64,000 bases of DNA from Minutocellus sp. GHC0000111 (GCA_977018835.1 OZ361257.1:1302001-1366000); one strand, 5' to 3'; shown: positions 1 through 12,488, numbered from the stretch's first letter. Translations and numbers: made by a program. The notes: generated by a model from the letters alone, not told the origin.

Positions 1-425
1 CGTCTTGCCGACTCGCTGAAGCTTACGACCTGGCCATTGATCTGCTCGACCAGGAGGACATTCTTCTTTTCCTCGAGGTCATCAACGAGACGCTGGTACT
101 TGTTGGCTTTGGCGAGGTACTTGATCCGCTTTGTGTTGGCTTTTTGAAGGCCCCTGTCGAGACTGTTCAAAACAGCTTGATTGCCTTTCGACAGGGTGGA
201 CGGCATTTGTCGCAGATTCTTGTCGTCAGGTGCCACTGCAGGCATGCCCAGGTGCGGATCAGCTGCGACCATGTGCAATGTAGCGATGTTGTGAGAGATT
301 CGTCTACTTCTGCCCCTCCCCGTTGAAAGTGCCAATGCTGCTGCTGTGCTGGTTGACGACGACGTCGAGAAAGCCTCTACTGCCGTGGAGCAGAGGAAAC
401 CGATGAGGAGTAGAAGGTGGTTCAT
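1..425 (-). CDS. Putative plastid-targeted protein of unknown function, truncated by left window edge
   Basis: Read manually (absent from ORF track): ATG at 425, MNHLLLLIGFLCSTAVEA|FSTSSST..., open to position 1. Hydrophobic signal peptide, A|F cleavage and Ser/Thr/Arg-rich transit-like stretch. Confidence 0.65.
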   Translation of the reverse strand, partial: MNHLLLLIGFLCSTAVEAFSTSSSTSTAAALALSTGRGRSRRISHNIATLHMVAADPHLGMPAVAPDDKNLRQMPSTLSKGNQAVLNSLDRGLQKANTKRIKYLAKANKYQRLVDDLEEKKNVLLVEQINGQVVSFSESAR

Positions 426-783
426 TGTCTGTTTCACTTTTATTTGTCGTCCAATGCCGAGATTCGATTCAATGGTGGCCAAGCCCTCCAAGCATCGGCT
501 CATTGCCTGCCCAGCCACACAGAAACAATTTCTCCGAAAAAATAATTTGGCGGAAATCGGAAAATGTGGCCTCGGTTTTTAATGACGTGGCAAAAGTGCC
601 GGCTTGCTCGCGAAAAGATGGTCCCTCGACCTCATTCTCTTCAAATAAATGGTGTGGAGGCCGGCGGGGAATGGGCGATAGCTAAGCCGGGCACGACGTC
701 CATATTACACCAACTGCTCGGTACGCTAAAAACAATAGCTCTCTGCAGCATTCCAACGAGCGGACCAAGACAGCACAGAAGCA

Positions 784-1347
784 ATGGGCCTCCTGTCAAT
801 CCTCAAAAAGGTGAAAGAAAAGGAGAAGGAGCTTCGGCTGCTGATACTGGGACTGGACAATGCCGGGAAGACGACGATTCTGCGCAAATTCTCCGGCGAA
901 CCGATCGATACCATCGAGCCCACCCTAGGATTCAACATCAAAACTCTCGAGCATGGCGGATACAAGCTCAATTTTTGGGACATCGGCGGCCAAAAGACCA
1001 TCCGGGCCTACTGGCGCAACTACTTTGAGCGGACCGATGGACTGATCTGGGTCGTCGACAGCTCCGACCGGCATCGCTTGGAGCTGTGCCGTGCCGAGCT
1101 GCAGGATTTGCTGACGCAGGAGAAGTTGGCCGGTGCCTCCCTCCTCATTCTGGCCAACAAGCAGGATCTGGCCGGGGCCGCCTCGGCCGAGGAGATTGCC
1201 AAGATATTGTGCTTGGAAACCGATGACAAATTCGCCAATCGCCATTGGTCCATCTATGGGTGCAGTGCCGTGACGGGGTCGGGACTCGCCGAGGGGATGG
1301 ATTGGATGGTGTCTGATATCAGTGGCGGGATATTCATGCTGAGTTAG
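784..1347 (+). CDS. ARL2: ADP-ribosylation factor-like GTPase 2
   Basis: [10 protein letters not shown]-terminus, [10 protein letters not shown]-loop, [27 protein letters not shown]; intronless, 187 aa. Confidence 0.93.
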   Translation: MGLLSILKKVKEKEKELRLLILGLDNAGKTTILRKFSGEPIDTIEPTLGFNIKTLEHGGYKLNFWDIGGQKTIRAYWRNYFERTDGLIWVVDSSDRHRLELCRAELQDLLTQEKLAGASLLILANKQDLAGAASAEEIAKILCLETDDKFANRHWSIYGCSAVTGSGLAEGMDWMVSDISGGIFMLS

Positions 1348-1968
1348 CTACCGGTAGGCTACGTAGCTGCTGCAGAGATTTGCTGAGAAAAGCCATTTAT
1401 TGGTCACGTAGCCCTCTCTAGCTAGTCTACATGTATCTAGGATAAGTAAAAAAATAGACTCCATGCATACGCGTGGGAAGGATGGATCATCGCCAATCTA
1501 CTGCATGCTCAATTCAATCCACTCGTTTCATTAGATCTACTTGTGAGAGCGACAATGCTGTTCGATCATCATCTCCATCCATCCATGTGCCATCAGTCAC
1601 AAGTTAGAAAGCTGCTAGATCTACATGTAGCTACGTAGATATCTAGCTAGAGCAGGCAGGCCTCGATCCAACGGGTCGGCTTCCTTTCTCACGCTAACAC
1701 ATTATTGGTACACTGAGAGAAGCCAGTCTGCCATCCGAGCTCATCCATCATCATCAAGCAGCATTTCGATTTCGTTTCATTTCAATTTATTCATCGAAAA
1801 TACCAATGTCCCATGTACACCCGCGCCACCGCTACCGCGGGGCTCGGCTGGCGAAAAATGCGCGAAACGACCCAGCATCCCAGCGACCGACCCAGCGCAA
1901 GATGAAGATGGCATAAAAAGCGAAGCCAAGGCGAACACACACAAGTGGCGTTTGACGACAAAACAATC

Positions 1969-3925
1969 ATGGCCGACGACTCGGAGGCAATGGACGATGT
2001 GAACCTGCCAGGTAGCGAGCAGCAGCCCGATACCTTCACATCTGATCCCGTCATTGATATCGACCCTGCACCGGCTGCCAATAGCCACTCCACCTCAAAT
2101 GGAGAGGGCTATGTCAATGGAGAAGCGAACGGCAATGGCACCGGCAGCCCGGCGCGCTCCCCCCCTCGCTCCCTCGACAGCATGGAGATGCTGTCCCTTC
2201 CCAAGAAACAGTCGGGATTATTCGGTGCTTCGTCCAACCTCGTCAACTCCATCGTCGGGGCCGGCATTGTCGGCATTCCGTATGCTTTCCGACAGGCGGG
2301 TTTCATTGCCGGCCTGGTCCTTCTCGGCTTGGTGGCATTCCTCACCGACCGCAGTCTGAGAGTCATTATTAACCTGGCCACGTACCACCCCAAGCTCAAG
2401 AACCGCAATGTCCTAACGTTTGAAGCATTGGCTTCGTATCCATTTGGCAAGGTCGGCAAGGCATTCATTCTTGTGAATATGGTAAGTTCCAAGTCCCCCG
2501 TGGTTTGTTGGCATTGGGATACTATTGGGCCGATTGTCAATGTCTAACTGGTTCTTCACTAATCCTCATCCTCCCCATCATCCATCACAGTTCATCATGG
2601 CCTACGGTGCAATGGTCGCATATCTCATCATCATCAAGGATACAGTCCCGACCATCCTTGGCGTGAGTGATGGTGCCTTTAAGCGGGAGATTGTGCTGAT
2701 TATCTTCAGCCTCGTCATCATGGTGCCCCTGTCAATGCAAAGGGACATGGCGTCGCTTTCGGTGTGGTCCTTCATTTCGGTCCTTGCTGATGTCATTCTG
2801 GTCGGTTTTGTGGCGGCTTTCGCCCCCATCAAGGAGACTGTGTCCGATGCGGGTGGCTTCGGTTCCGTTCTGGCCAGCAACTGGATCAACCCAACCCTGT
2901 TTGTGGGTCTGGGCGTCCTATCGACGGCGATGGCATGTCAGCACTCGGCGTTCATTGTGTCGGGCTCTATCAGGAACCATACCAGCACTCGTTGGAAGAT
3001 GGTGACTGTATCATCGATCAGCTTTGCAACTATTCTCTGTGCTATCATGGGCTTCTGCGGTTTTCTGGGATTCCTCGACGATACGCAAGGCAACATTTTG
3101 AATAATTTCGATGCAGGTAGCGTTGCTGCCAATGGTGCCAGAACGCTCCTGGCCATCACAATGTTCTTCACCTACCCGATGGAATCGTTTGTTGCTCGGC
3201 ATGTGTTTGTTATGCTTGTTCATCAGGGTGATATGGATGCCGCACATGCCGACGGAGGTAGAGATGGTGGTGGGATCCTGTGCCTCAACAGAAGGCGACT
3301 TTGGACGCTGGGTATTTACATCCTCGCACTTATACCGGCGCTGTTCTTGAATGATCTTGGCCCCGTTCTTTCAATTACTGGGTCTCTTGGAGGCAGCTGT
3401 ATCAGTTACATTGCCCCGGGTCTGGTGTACTTTGGAGTCAATGGCGATGCCTTCCTTGCCATGTGTTCAAGACTTATTAGCAATCATGCGTCTAAACATA
3501 CCAAACAGGATGGCGCTAGTAACATTGAGCTACCCGTCGCGGGAGACGCGGACCAAAAGATTGCAGATGATGGGCAGACATCGGAGCTTCCCGTAGAAGG
3601 AGAGCATCGGACTATGGTCACGGATTCATCTCTTTCGGGGCCGAAGCCTCTTTGGTGGTACTTTGGCCTCTTTCCTCTTTGGTGCGCCATTGCAAGTCGA
3701 GGTAGTAAGGGGATGCAGCTCAAAATGGAAAAGATCGAGGAAGATCGGGAAAACGCCCACGAGCACGACGGCGTTGATGTCATTGCCAACGACGCAGACT
3801 ATCAACCGTCGAGCGGAGGGTTCTGCATGGCGATTTTCTTCATCATCTTTGGTGTCGTCGGCGTTGTTGCAGGCATTACGTCCAATGTGATTGTTCAATA
3901 CGAAGCTGCTCATGCTGCTTATTAA
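1969..3925 (+). CDS. Amino acid transporter, Aa_trans/SLC38-like; intron 2482-2590
   Basis: NLVNSIVGAGIVGIPYAF TM1 motif and many TM helices; a GTAAGT...CAG intron joins ORFs 1945-2547 and 2525-3925 in frame. Confidence 0.88.
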
Positions 3926-4043
3926 GAAGAGGTTGGCGGCTCATGGCTTGCGGCGCATGGCGCGGGTGTTGCAGTGAAGATATTATGTCGATACATCAAT
4001 ACATTATTTTTCTTAATCCTTGTTTTTTTTAAAGATTGTCTAT

Positions 4044-5318
4044 CTACACTTCGGATAACAGCGACATCTGATCGTCGATTGCCGCATATCTCTTTCTCTT
4101 TTTCTTACGAAAGCATAGCATTTTCATGCTCATCCGAGCTCTCCTAGTCTTTCTTCTTTTGGTTTCCACCATTACGTGGCTATCTTCAAACCAGGCCCAT
4201 ACGTCTTGAAATTCTCTAGACCTGGCAGATGAAGAGTCATCATCAGATTGGGCAATAGAAGAGGAAGCTCCATCGACTTCAAATAAGGAAATGGGAATCA
4301 GATGTGACATTTCCTCGGTGCTCAAGTCGGCGCCATTCGCATCAGGAGGCGTTTGGGGGCTGCTGCTGCCTTTGGTGCTCATAGTCCCTTGACTGTTTGC
4401 GTGTAGATCTTTTTCGCTTGGCGCGGCTGGAAAAACTACAAAAGCATAATCACAGCCATTTCCTTGGATATTGGAAGCCGTCCTAGCATCATCCAGAGTC
4501 GGGACGTCGTTGATAGCAGTTTCTTCCATACTGCCCGTAGGTTTCGATGCGGAATCAGAGCTGAAGTATCCCGACGAATCATCATCGTCGTCTTCTAAGT
4601 ATTCAGACATAAATTTGCTCGCACCTTGGGGCTGATAAACACATTGATGATTAGATGCTGTTTTGAGCAGCCGTAGTCTCTCTCGGCAACGATCTTGCTC
4701 TTGGCTGATCCTTTGGAGCGTCGTGTCAATGGACTTTGGACGTTGAAGAAGAGGCCGTCTATTGAGGAGCATGGAATCAACGATATCGTCAGATTTAGCA
4801 TGTCTGAACTGAGCCTTGAGCTTGCGAGATGCATGCCTTGCATTTACTCTGGCATTCTCTACTTGAATTAAGCCCTTTTCATAGTGGTATCCCGCACCGG
4901 AATAGAATTCGTCGTTTTGTGATGACCAGGGCTCCGGCGATGGTTGTGGCGGTGGCAATGTCACTTCCTCTTGCTCTCTTTTGGCGTGATACTCTTGAAG
5001 GAGTTTTGCTCGGCGAAGTGCATTGCGGAGAAAAACTTCCTTATCCGAGTTTAGTGTGATGGATGATGAGGTCAGAGAAGACACTATAGATCTGCTTGCC
5101 AAAGATCCCGAGAGAGATTCTGTATCGACAGTAAAACAAGTAGGGCTTGTGGAACCGGATGCCATGTTTGAAAAGTCGGAGGAATTCCTGACCATTGTGC
5201 TGAAGAAACTGTGGCGACCGCTGTCATTGGAGGTGGCAGGAGCAACTTCGAACATGGGTTCTGGATTGCCATGCATACAACTGAGACTATGAGTCTGCGC
5301 ATCAGTAAGAATAGGCAT
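4044..5318 (-). CDS. Hypothetical Ser-rich, largely disordered protein with basic C-terminus
   Basis: Long ORF (431 aa from upstream GTG; first ATG at 5318), C-terminal RKKKRKR, no recognised domain. Confidence 0.55.
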   Translation of the reverse strand: MPILTDAQTHSLSCMHGNPEPMFEVAPATSNDSGRHSFFSTMVRNSSDFSNMASGSTSPTCFTVDTESLSGSLASRSIVSSLTSSSITLNSDKEVFLRNALRRAKLLQEYHAKREQEEVTLPPPQPSPEPWSSQNDEFYSGAGYHYEKGLIQVENARVNARHASRKLKAQFRHAKSDDIVDSMLLNRRPLLQRPKSIDTTLQRISQEQDRCRERLRLLKTASNHQCVYQPQGASKFMSEYLEDDDDDSSGYFSSDSASKPTGSMEETAINDVPTLDDARTASNIQGNGCDYAFVVFPAAPSEKDLHANSQGTMSTKGSSSPQTPPDANGADLSTEEMSHLIPISLFEVDGASSSIAQSDDDSSSARSREFQDVWAWFEDSHVMVETKRRKTRRARMSMKMLCFRKKKRKRYAAIDDQMSLLSEV

Positions 5319-5800
5319 TAGGGCAATTATACCGGTCACAATGTACGTGCAATTGTATGTATGATTCGTGGCGTAGATCTACTATTTATTTGGAAAGGCA
5401 CCAGAGAGGATGCGTGTTCGAACAGTGCATGGAGAGGAGGAACGAACATTGATTTGCTGATTATCGTTCGTCTGTGCTCATCGTAGACCAACGGCCCAAA
5501 AATCAATCAGTTAACATGTAGAGAGGAGAGAAACGGCTTTTCGGTTACCTCTCGGTGGCGATGTGTGTATTCCCTCACTTTGACCTTGAATAGGGGAGTC
5601 ATGTCTCATGACTGACTCGACTCATGACGCGCTTGGCTGGCGGTTTGCGCACACAGCCGCGCGGCGCGGCGCCCAACCCCACGAGACTCGACTCATCACC
5701 GCTCGAGCATGCATAGGCCTACCTGCTGCCTTCGTTGGCACAGCGGTCGCAAGTTTCTGAGTGAGCAGCTTACCCTCTACATTTCAATATTACGTAGTAC

Positions 5801-6559
5801 ATGCTCACCCGTAGGAAAGGAGCGTTAACGCCGACCGGCTCTGTCGGTGGAAAATGGCATCAAAGCTACAGGGAGACCAGTGCGTGGTTGCTCCTCAGCT
5901 TTCTTCACCTACTTTTGTGGACGAAGTTGCCAGACCTCCGATTGCGTTATTCTCCTCGCCCTAGTGCCTTGACTTGGGTGGGAGGCCATCCGCCAATTTC
6001 TCACCATGCAAATTGTTGGTGCGCTGGTGGTGACGATGTCGAGTTATTCAGTTTCCTTGGAGGAGATGGAATTGCACCGACAAAGCTCTCGCCGCAGTGC
6101 AGCTGCTCTCCGTCCTTGGCGATCGATGCGATACTAACGTCTGGTCCTGATCACATATGGCTGGTAGAGAGGAAGGACACTGGCCAATATGCTTGCATGG
6201 GTGGATTCGTCGAGGTAACTGAGTCTGGGGAGGAGGCGACGTTACGTGAGCTAGAAGAAGAGACAGGGATTGCACTATCACGAGAGGAGGCCAGCCCCAA
6301 GTTCTTTGGCATTTACTCTGACCCGCGCCGAGATAATCGTCGACGGACAGCTAGTATCATATATGTTCTTGACATTCCCCTTTCTTATGAGCCCAAGGCT
6401 GGTGATGATGCCAAGGGGGTGACGAGGGTGCTGCTATCAGACATTGATCAACTAGATTTTTTTGCCGATCACCTATCCATCTTGTTGGACTACCGGGAGA
6501 GCATAAAGCGACGAGTACCAGTAGACTCTAGTGGAACGAAGGAGGGGCTATGCATTTGA
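5801..6559 (+). CDS. Nudix hydrolase with N-terminal hydrophobic segment
   Basis: Nudix box GGFVEVTESGEEATLRELEEETGI, YSDPRRD, AGDDA. Confidence 0.88.
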   Translation: MLTRRKGALTPTGSVGGKWHQSYRETSAWLLLSFLHLLLWTKLPDLRLRYSPRPSALTWVGGHPPISHHANCWCAGGDDVELFSFLGGDGIAPTKLSPQCSCSPSLAIDAILTSGPDHIWLVERKDTGQYACMGGFVEVTESGEEATLRELEEETGIALSREEASPKFFGIYSDPRRDNRRRTASIIYVLDIPLSYEPKAGDDAKGVTRVLLSDIDQLDFFADHLSILLDYRESIKRRVPVDSSGTKEGLCI

Positions 6560-6656
6560 ATCACACAATTTCCTCTAGAAAAAGTTATGGGACAGGGTTG
6601 AGTCGAATGACCGCGACCATGCATGTCTTCTCTTCCGATGAATCTGTATTGGGAAG

Positions 6657-7884
6657 CTAAATGTGCATAGTTACGAGAAGGATGCCAAATACAAAGGACG
6701 CCGCTCTGATTGCCACTGATCCTATTGAGTCAGAGAATGCGCCAGCAGCAGCACTTGTTGTCATATCTGGCGGAGCAGAGGTCATCTTTGTTGAGGGTTC
6801 AAACGTAGGCATTGTTGTTGGCGTTGTACTGTCCGTCTCTGGTATTGACTGCGTTGTTGGCATACCTGAGCTCATCATTTCCTCATCGGCATCAGCAATA
6901 GCATCAGTCGGAGCGTCACTAGTATCAGTGGGGGCAGCAGTAGGTGGCCGACTCAATGTAATATCCTCAACCGGAGTGGTATTATCGGGACATGGCTCAA
7001 AATCACAATTGTTGTCGGGATTGCGAGGCACAAAAGTTCCATCGGAGCATTCTTTCACATCGTCTGTGCAGGCCAAACCGCCACCATCCTCTTCTTCGTC
7101 GTCACATGGAATGAACTCGCAGTCTCGAGAGGGGTCTCTAATATTGCCGCATTCGTTGACATCCAAAGGACAGCGACTCTCGTCTTTCATGTCTTCTTCA
7201 AACATGGCATTTTCGTCAATGGTCGGTTCGGGCGTTACAAATCCTTACAAAAGAACACATAGACCAAGGCCACCAATAGAATTAACAAGTAAGTTCAGTG
7301 ATGTGATTAGTGAATAAATCGCAAAATACCAGGGCAGCATAAACCAAAGTTCACGTACCTGGTGAAGGAGCAGGTGCAACAAAATTCATTTGTTGCACAG
7401 ATGAGAAGTTGAGTTGAGAAATGTACATGTGGTGCCAGAATGGACGGAGAGGAAGTTATAATTTATGAAGCAGGGTAAGTATTGTGCCACCACTCTCACC
7501 TTCGCATTCCTCCCTGAAGTCGCAATTGAACATAGGGTCACGCATGATGATATTGCCGTTCTAACAGGAATGGTTGAAAAGGGAAGAGCGTAGAAAGCGC
7601 GCCAACAGCAAACGGAGGTGCATAAGTAGCGATATGCAAAGTGTTAAATCTCCATACTTCGGAGATAGAAAGAAAGGTATGCATAATCACCAAACTAATC
7701 GCCCTTATCACAAAGATACTGCCTCACTCACCTCGCAAACTATAGTGTCGTCATTACATTCCTCCAGCCCCTCATCTTCATCGAAAGGCGGTCCGGTCTC
7801 AAATTCGTCGCAACAAACAAAGACACCATCATGAAGGACCAGCGCCAATACCAAGATTAACGAAATGCGATGCAGAGAGAACAT
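6657..7884 (-). CDS. Secreted, probably GPI-anchored cell-surface protein with three Cys-rich repeats; exons ~7884-7732, 7560-7500, 7243-6657
   Basis: Signal peptide, repeats of C-x2-D-x3-C...R-x-P-x3-C-x-F-x2-C, Thr/Pro-rich stalk, hydrophobic C-terminal tail; GT-AG joins keep frame. Confidence 0.7.
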
Positions 7885-8060
7885 GTCAGACACAGGAGGT
7901 ACTATGTGTAGGCGGCTTTTGGCGTGGCTGAGGGACGGGACGATGAATCGTCGCGTCCCTCATCAGCATCGAAGTATGCAGTCATGTCAAGCGAGTCGAG
8001 TTAGTCGAGCCCGTGCGGATCGCCATCATCTTGCCATCATTTCATGCATGCAGCTGATGC

Positions 8061-9191
8061 ATGCATGCGGTGGCACTCAACTCCAGGTCAGACTCACTCC
8101 AAGCGATCGCAAGCAACATGGGCCGCAGTGAGTACTTCTTTCTATTACGATATATGGCCCTTTTGCTGTGCAATAAGTTCGTGCCGCTTCATTCTTTTCC
8201 GCAAATTTATCCTAGATCTACTTTCGTCAGATACTCATCCGGATCTTTGCTTGTTCGCATGAAAGGTGACGACAGCGCATCGACTTTGTCTCCGGCCCCA
8301 TACCCCCTTGTTGACATCGGCATAAATCTGACGCATCGAGCACTGATCAAACATTGGAAGGAAGTGGTCCAAAGGGCAATCGATGCCAACGTTGATCGCA
8401 TGCTGCTGACTGGAACCAGCATCAAATCATCACGTGAAAGCATCCAGTTGGCTCGGGAGTGGTCTGATGGCAATGGTGGAAAGCGCAATCTGTTGTGTAC
8501 AGTTGGAATTCATCCTCATGATGCAAAGCTGTTTCATCCCAAGACATCTGAACCATGTGTAGGTGAAAATTGTGGCACCATTAATACAAGTATGAACACA
8601 ATCGACACCATAGACGAAATGCGCGAGTTGATCACAAAGAATCGGTCTCTGGTCGTTGCAATTGGAGAATGTGGACTTGATTACAACCGCAACTTTTCAA
8701 CAAAGGAAGACCAGATACACGCCTTTCGGGAACAAATAAAATTCGCTTGTGAATTACAAATGCCATTGTTTGTGCATGAGAGAGAAGCAAGTGAGGATAC
8801 AATGAGAATCTTTGATGAAATTGTTGCAGACTCCGATATCCCCCCTCTGCCACCGGTTGTTATTCATTGCTTTACTGGAAAGGCATCAGAAGCAATGGAA
8901 TACATTGAGAGGGGCTTTTATCTTGGTTTTACAGGTACAATATGCAAAAAAGAGCGAGGGGCTCACTTGAGGGACTTGATACCATCGATCCCATTGGATC
9001 GGATCCTTATCGAAACCGACGCGCCGTTCATGTCGTTCTTGAAGAGAAAGGAAGCAAGACATAGTGAACCATTGCATGTAGTTGGTGTGGCGGAAGAAAT
9101 TAGTCGAACGATGGGCATCTCTCTGATAGATGTGTGTAGAACAACTACGAAGAATGCGGAAGACTTCTTTCGCCTACCTTCTGTCTCTTAA
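8061..9191 (+). CDS. tatD: TatD-family nuclease (start uncertain)
   Basis: VDIGINL, TVGIHPH, AIGECGLDY, FVHERE, VIHCFTG, LIETDAP motifs. Confidence 0.92.
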   Translation: MHAVALNSRSDSLQAIASNMGRSEYFFLLRYMALLLCNKFVPLHSFPQIYPRSTFVRYSSGSLLVRMKGDDSASTLSPAPYPLVDIGINLTHRALIKHWKEVVQRAIDANVDRMLLTGTSIKSSRESIQLAREWSDGNGGKRNLLCTVGIHPHDAKLFHPKTSEPCVGENCGTINTSMNTIDTIDEMRELITKNRSLVVAIGECGLDYNRNFSTKEDQIHAFREQIKFACELQMPLFVHEREASEDTMRIFDEIVADSDIPPLPPVVIHCFTGKASEAMEYIERGFYLGFTGTICKKERGAHLRDLIPSIPLDRILIETDAPFMSFLKRKEARHSEPLHVVGVAEEISRTMGISLIDVCRTTTKNAEDFFRLPSVS

Positions 9192-9362
9192 AAGTTTGAC
9201 TCTCTTTTGCATCACTTTTTCTAATTCATTCACGGAATAATGAACATGCATGTATTGAGCGCAAATATACACTGTAAGGCATGAGGCACTGTTGTTTATT
9301 TTTTCTAAAAGTTGAGCAACAATAGTATACACGAGAGGAATATATATGAGTAGATTTAGTAG

Positions 9363-10350
9363 CTAATAACAAAGATCGATGAAGAACACGGAGCCGACGA
9401 ATTCATTTGGGCGAGCTGGTGCTACAATGATGGCGTCTTCTTCTGACAGAGCGACAGCAAATCCAAATTCGTCTCCTTGATTCGCATCGTGGGGTGTCAG
9501 TGCGGCTTGTTGAGTCCATGTCTCGTCATCATTTAGAGTAAAGATGTGTACTGATCCTGGATGAACACCCCTTCCAGATGGGGCGCCGACAACAACTGTG
9601 TCGCCCTTGAAAGCCAGTCCAAGACCAAAACCGAAATTGCCTTCCTCCAACTCATTCGGCAGAAGTTTTGTTTGGAGTTCCCAAGAGGCGTCAACCAATT
9701 TGTAGACATACGCCGATCCAGTCGAGGAACTTCTCCAAGATGAAATCACAGCGCGATTACCGTCAATCGCCACACGCTCTCCAAAGCGATGGTCAAGGCC
9801 AACGTCGTCAGGAACAAGCTTCACCTGCTGCTCCCAGGTATTTGTAGTTGTGCGAGAGAAGATGTAGGCCGCACCGCTCTTATCGCCAAAGTCATCGCGC
9901 CACGGAGAACCGATGATGGCAATGTCGCCGCTGATGTCAACGTGAAAGCCGAAATGGTCCATGGATATGCCGTCGTCGGGGAGGAGTTTGGCTTCCTCCT
10001 CCCAGCCCATATCCGTGAGGGTAAATATGTAAGCTGTCCCGAGGCTGTCTTCTTTCCATATGGAGCTAATAATGACCGAGGTGGCGTCATCATTGATGCC
10101 AAGATCATATCCAAACTTATCTAGCGGAGCTTGGTCTGCCGGAACAAATCTAGCCTGTTGCTCCCATACGTCACCTATCCGATTGAAGACAAATGCTGCA
10201 CCAGCTCTCTGACCAAATTTGTCGTCATGGGGCGCTGGGTGACCATGAAAAAATTGCGGAAGTCACGTCACATACATGGAGAAGAGGAGAAGATAAATGC
10301 AAAGATTAAGAATCGTGAATATGAAAATGCCGAAGTAACACCTCCTTCCA

Positions 10351-10438
<88 letters not shown>

Positions 10439-11850
10439 CGCATGTTCGCATCGGCACTGAGTGGCATCACAATACACTAAGAGTGCCACTTACCTCCGAC
10501 GATGACGGTATCGCCAGCAATGGCGACGCTGTGTCCAAAGTTGGCACCGGGACCTTTATTGTCGTCGGCCTTCCCCTCCTCGCTCGGGGACAATATCGCC
10601 TGCATTTCCCACTGGCCATCCCTCTTCACGAGGATGTTGACCAAACCCCTCCCTTCGTTCTCCTGAGGATATCCCACGACCGCCGTGTCTCCATCGATCG
10701 CAACGATATTGTACGGATCGTTCCCCAGCTCTGTGTCCTTCGAGGCTGGGAATCTCGTCCATTCGCATTGATACGTTGGCATCGGGGTGGGAGCGAAGGT
10801 GGGAGCTACTGATGTGGCAGATTCGCCGCCGCCCATTCCAGGGGATATGGAGTTGTTGTCAGAGGCACCAGATCCTGCAGCTGCAACAGACTCGCTTCCG
10901 CCGCCGCCACCCAGAATTCCCGTCCCAGCCAGGGCACCAAGGCCGGCGGCAATCGCCACCAGAGCCCCGGCCAGTACCAGGACGAGCCACACGCATCGCG
11001 GGAGGGTGACGCCGCAAGCTCTCCACATCTCGTCCTCCTTGATGGCCGTCACGATCACGTCCGACCTGAGGGTGGTGTCGTCCCCGTCGGCGCCTGTGCC
11101 GACGCTGGTTCCGTTGGCAGTACTCCCGCCGGTCGTCCTGGTTCCGTTCACGGCAGTGGTACCGGTAGCGCCGTCGTCGGCCTCCACGACCAGCTCGGCC
11201 TCGGGCACCAAAAAGGAGTCTGTGATTGTCGAATTGTCCGGCGTCCCATTACTCGTAAGCGATGTATGAGGCTGCACCGTCTGCCGGGTGAGGACGGTCG
11301 GCGGGGGGACCCGTGCTCCCCCCAGACTCGAGTCCGAGGGGGCCACCCGATACGCTCCGGGGGCGCTGCTCCCACGCTGACTGCTGCTGCCGTTGGCCGT
11401 GGCCGACACCGACGCCATTGCTTCACCTGCTGCTCCTTCTGGACCTGCGCCGGCCGCGTCAGCCGCGTCAGCACCACCGCTGTCGGACGTCGCTGCCGAG
11501 TCTATGGAGTCCCGGCCAGTCGATCGGCGGTTGCTGCTGGTCGTCGACGCTGTCCGGATCTTGGATTGCACCTGCCCGTCCGGCGTTTGCAGCGTCGGGG
11601 GCTCGGGTGCTGCCGGTGCGGTCTCCAGTTGGGACGATGCGGGTGCACCGGCGGCAGCGGCGGCGGCGGCGGCAGACTCCTCCTCCTCCTGCGCGGAATC
11701 CGCCGGGGGATTTCCTTGCTCCAAAGCATTGCTGCCTTCCTCCTCCACTTCCGCATGATCAACACCAACATTATTGTCACCTGTATTTGACTCCTCTCCG
11801 GCAGGAGGAGGGGGGACGTGCTCGTCGTCACCAGTCGTTTTCGTCACCAT
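9363..11850 (-). CDS. Single-pass membrane protein with C-terminal FG-GAP repeat beta-propeller; intron ~10235-10491
   Basis: Disordered N-terminus with PGAYRV motif, TM helix, repeated FG.SVAI.GDT.IVGAP units; splicing GGA G|gtaagt...cag|CG CCC restores VIVGAPHDD and reads on into ORF 9363-10010. Confidence 0.85.
10354..10437. repeat. (TA)n microsatellite within intron, one phase interruption
   Basis: ~84 bp of TA dinucleotides. Confidence 0.97.
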
Positions 11851-12488
11851 TTATTTTGTTCCACACACGTGGGGTTATGCTGCGTGCGTGCTTTGTGCTT
11901 GCTGCGTAGATTGAAATATGGCAGTGCAACAAGCAGTATATGTGCTGTGCTAGCTAGTCCTCGTTTGCATGAAATGCCCCGCGGCGGGTGCGTCTGCGGG
12001 GTACTAGCTACTAGCTAGCTACGTAGTACCGATAGATGAGGCAGTGGGTTGAGGGTCAACGTCTTCGGTCGGCCAAACTCCGGAAGCGAAGCACGACGCT
12101 GCCAGCGCACCACACGCGTGCGCGCGCACAAATTGCTTTCACAAAGGGACTGAATGTCGCACTATTTTCTTTTGAAAGAGCTCGCAAAAATAACAAGAGG
12201 AATGATATGTTTCTTATCGAGGTCCTGATATTTTAAAAGAGGGTGTCTTTGTGTTCCCACCTCGAAAGAGCTACGTACGTACTAGCTAGTATTACGTACG
12301 TAGTACCAGGAGGCCGCCCTGCCTGGCCTGCGCGCGCCTGCAAATCAAGCATTTATTATGTCGCAGGCAATGCATCTGCTTCCACGCATCTGCCACCTGC
12401 CCCCACGCCTTGCCTGCGCCCATCTCATGAATGGGCGATATTGATTTATGCCTATCTAAACGACGATTCGAGACAGTAACGGTGTGAG

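Noticed and set aside
7359..7400. Extra mini-exon (VAPAPSP) in the Cys-repeat gene
   Set aside because: Donor present but no AG acceptor nearby; flanking exons already join in frame
10131..10489. ORFs with YIYIYI runs
   Set aside because: Translations of the intronic (TA)n microsatellite
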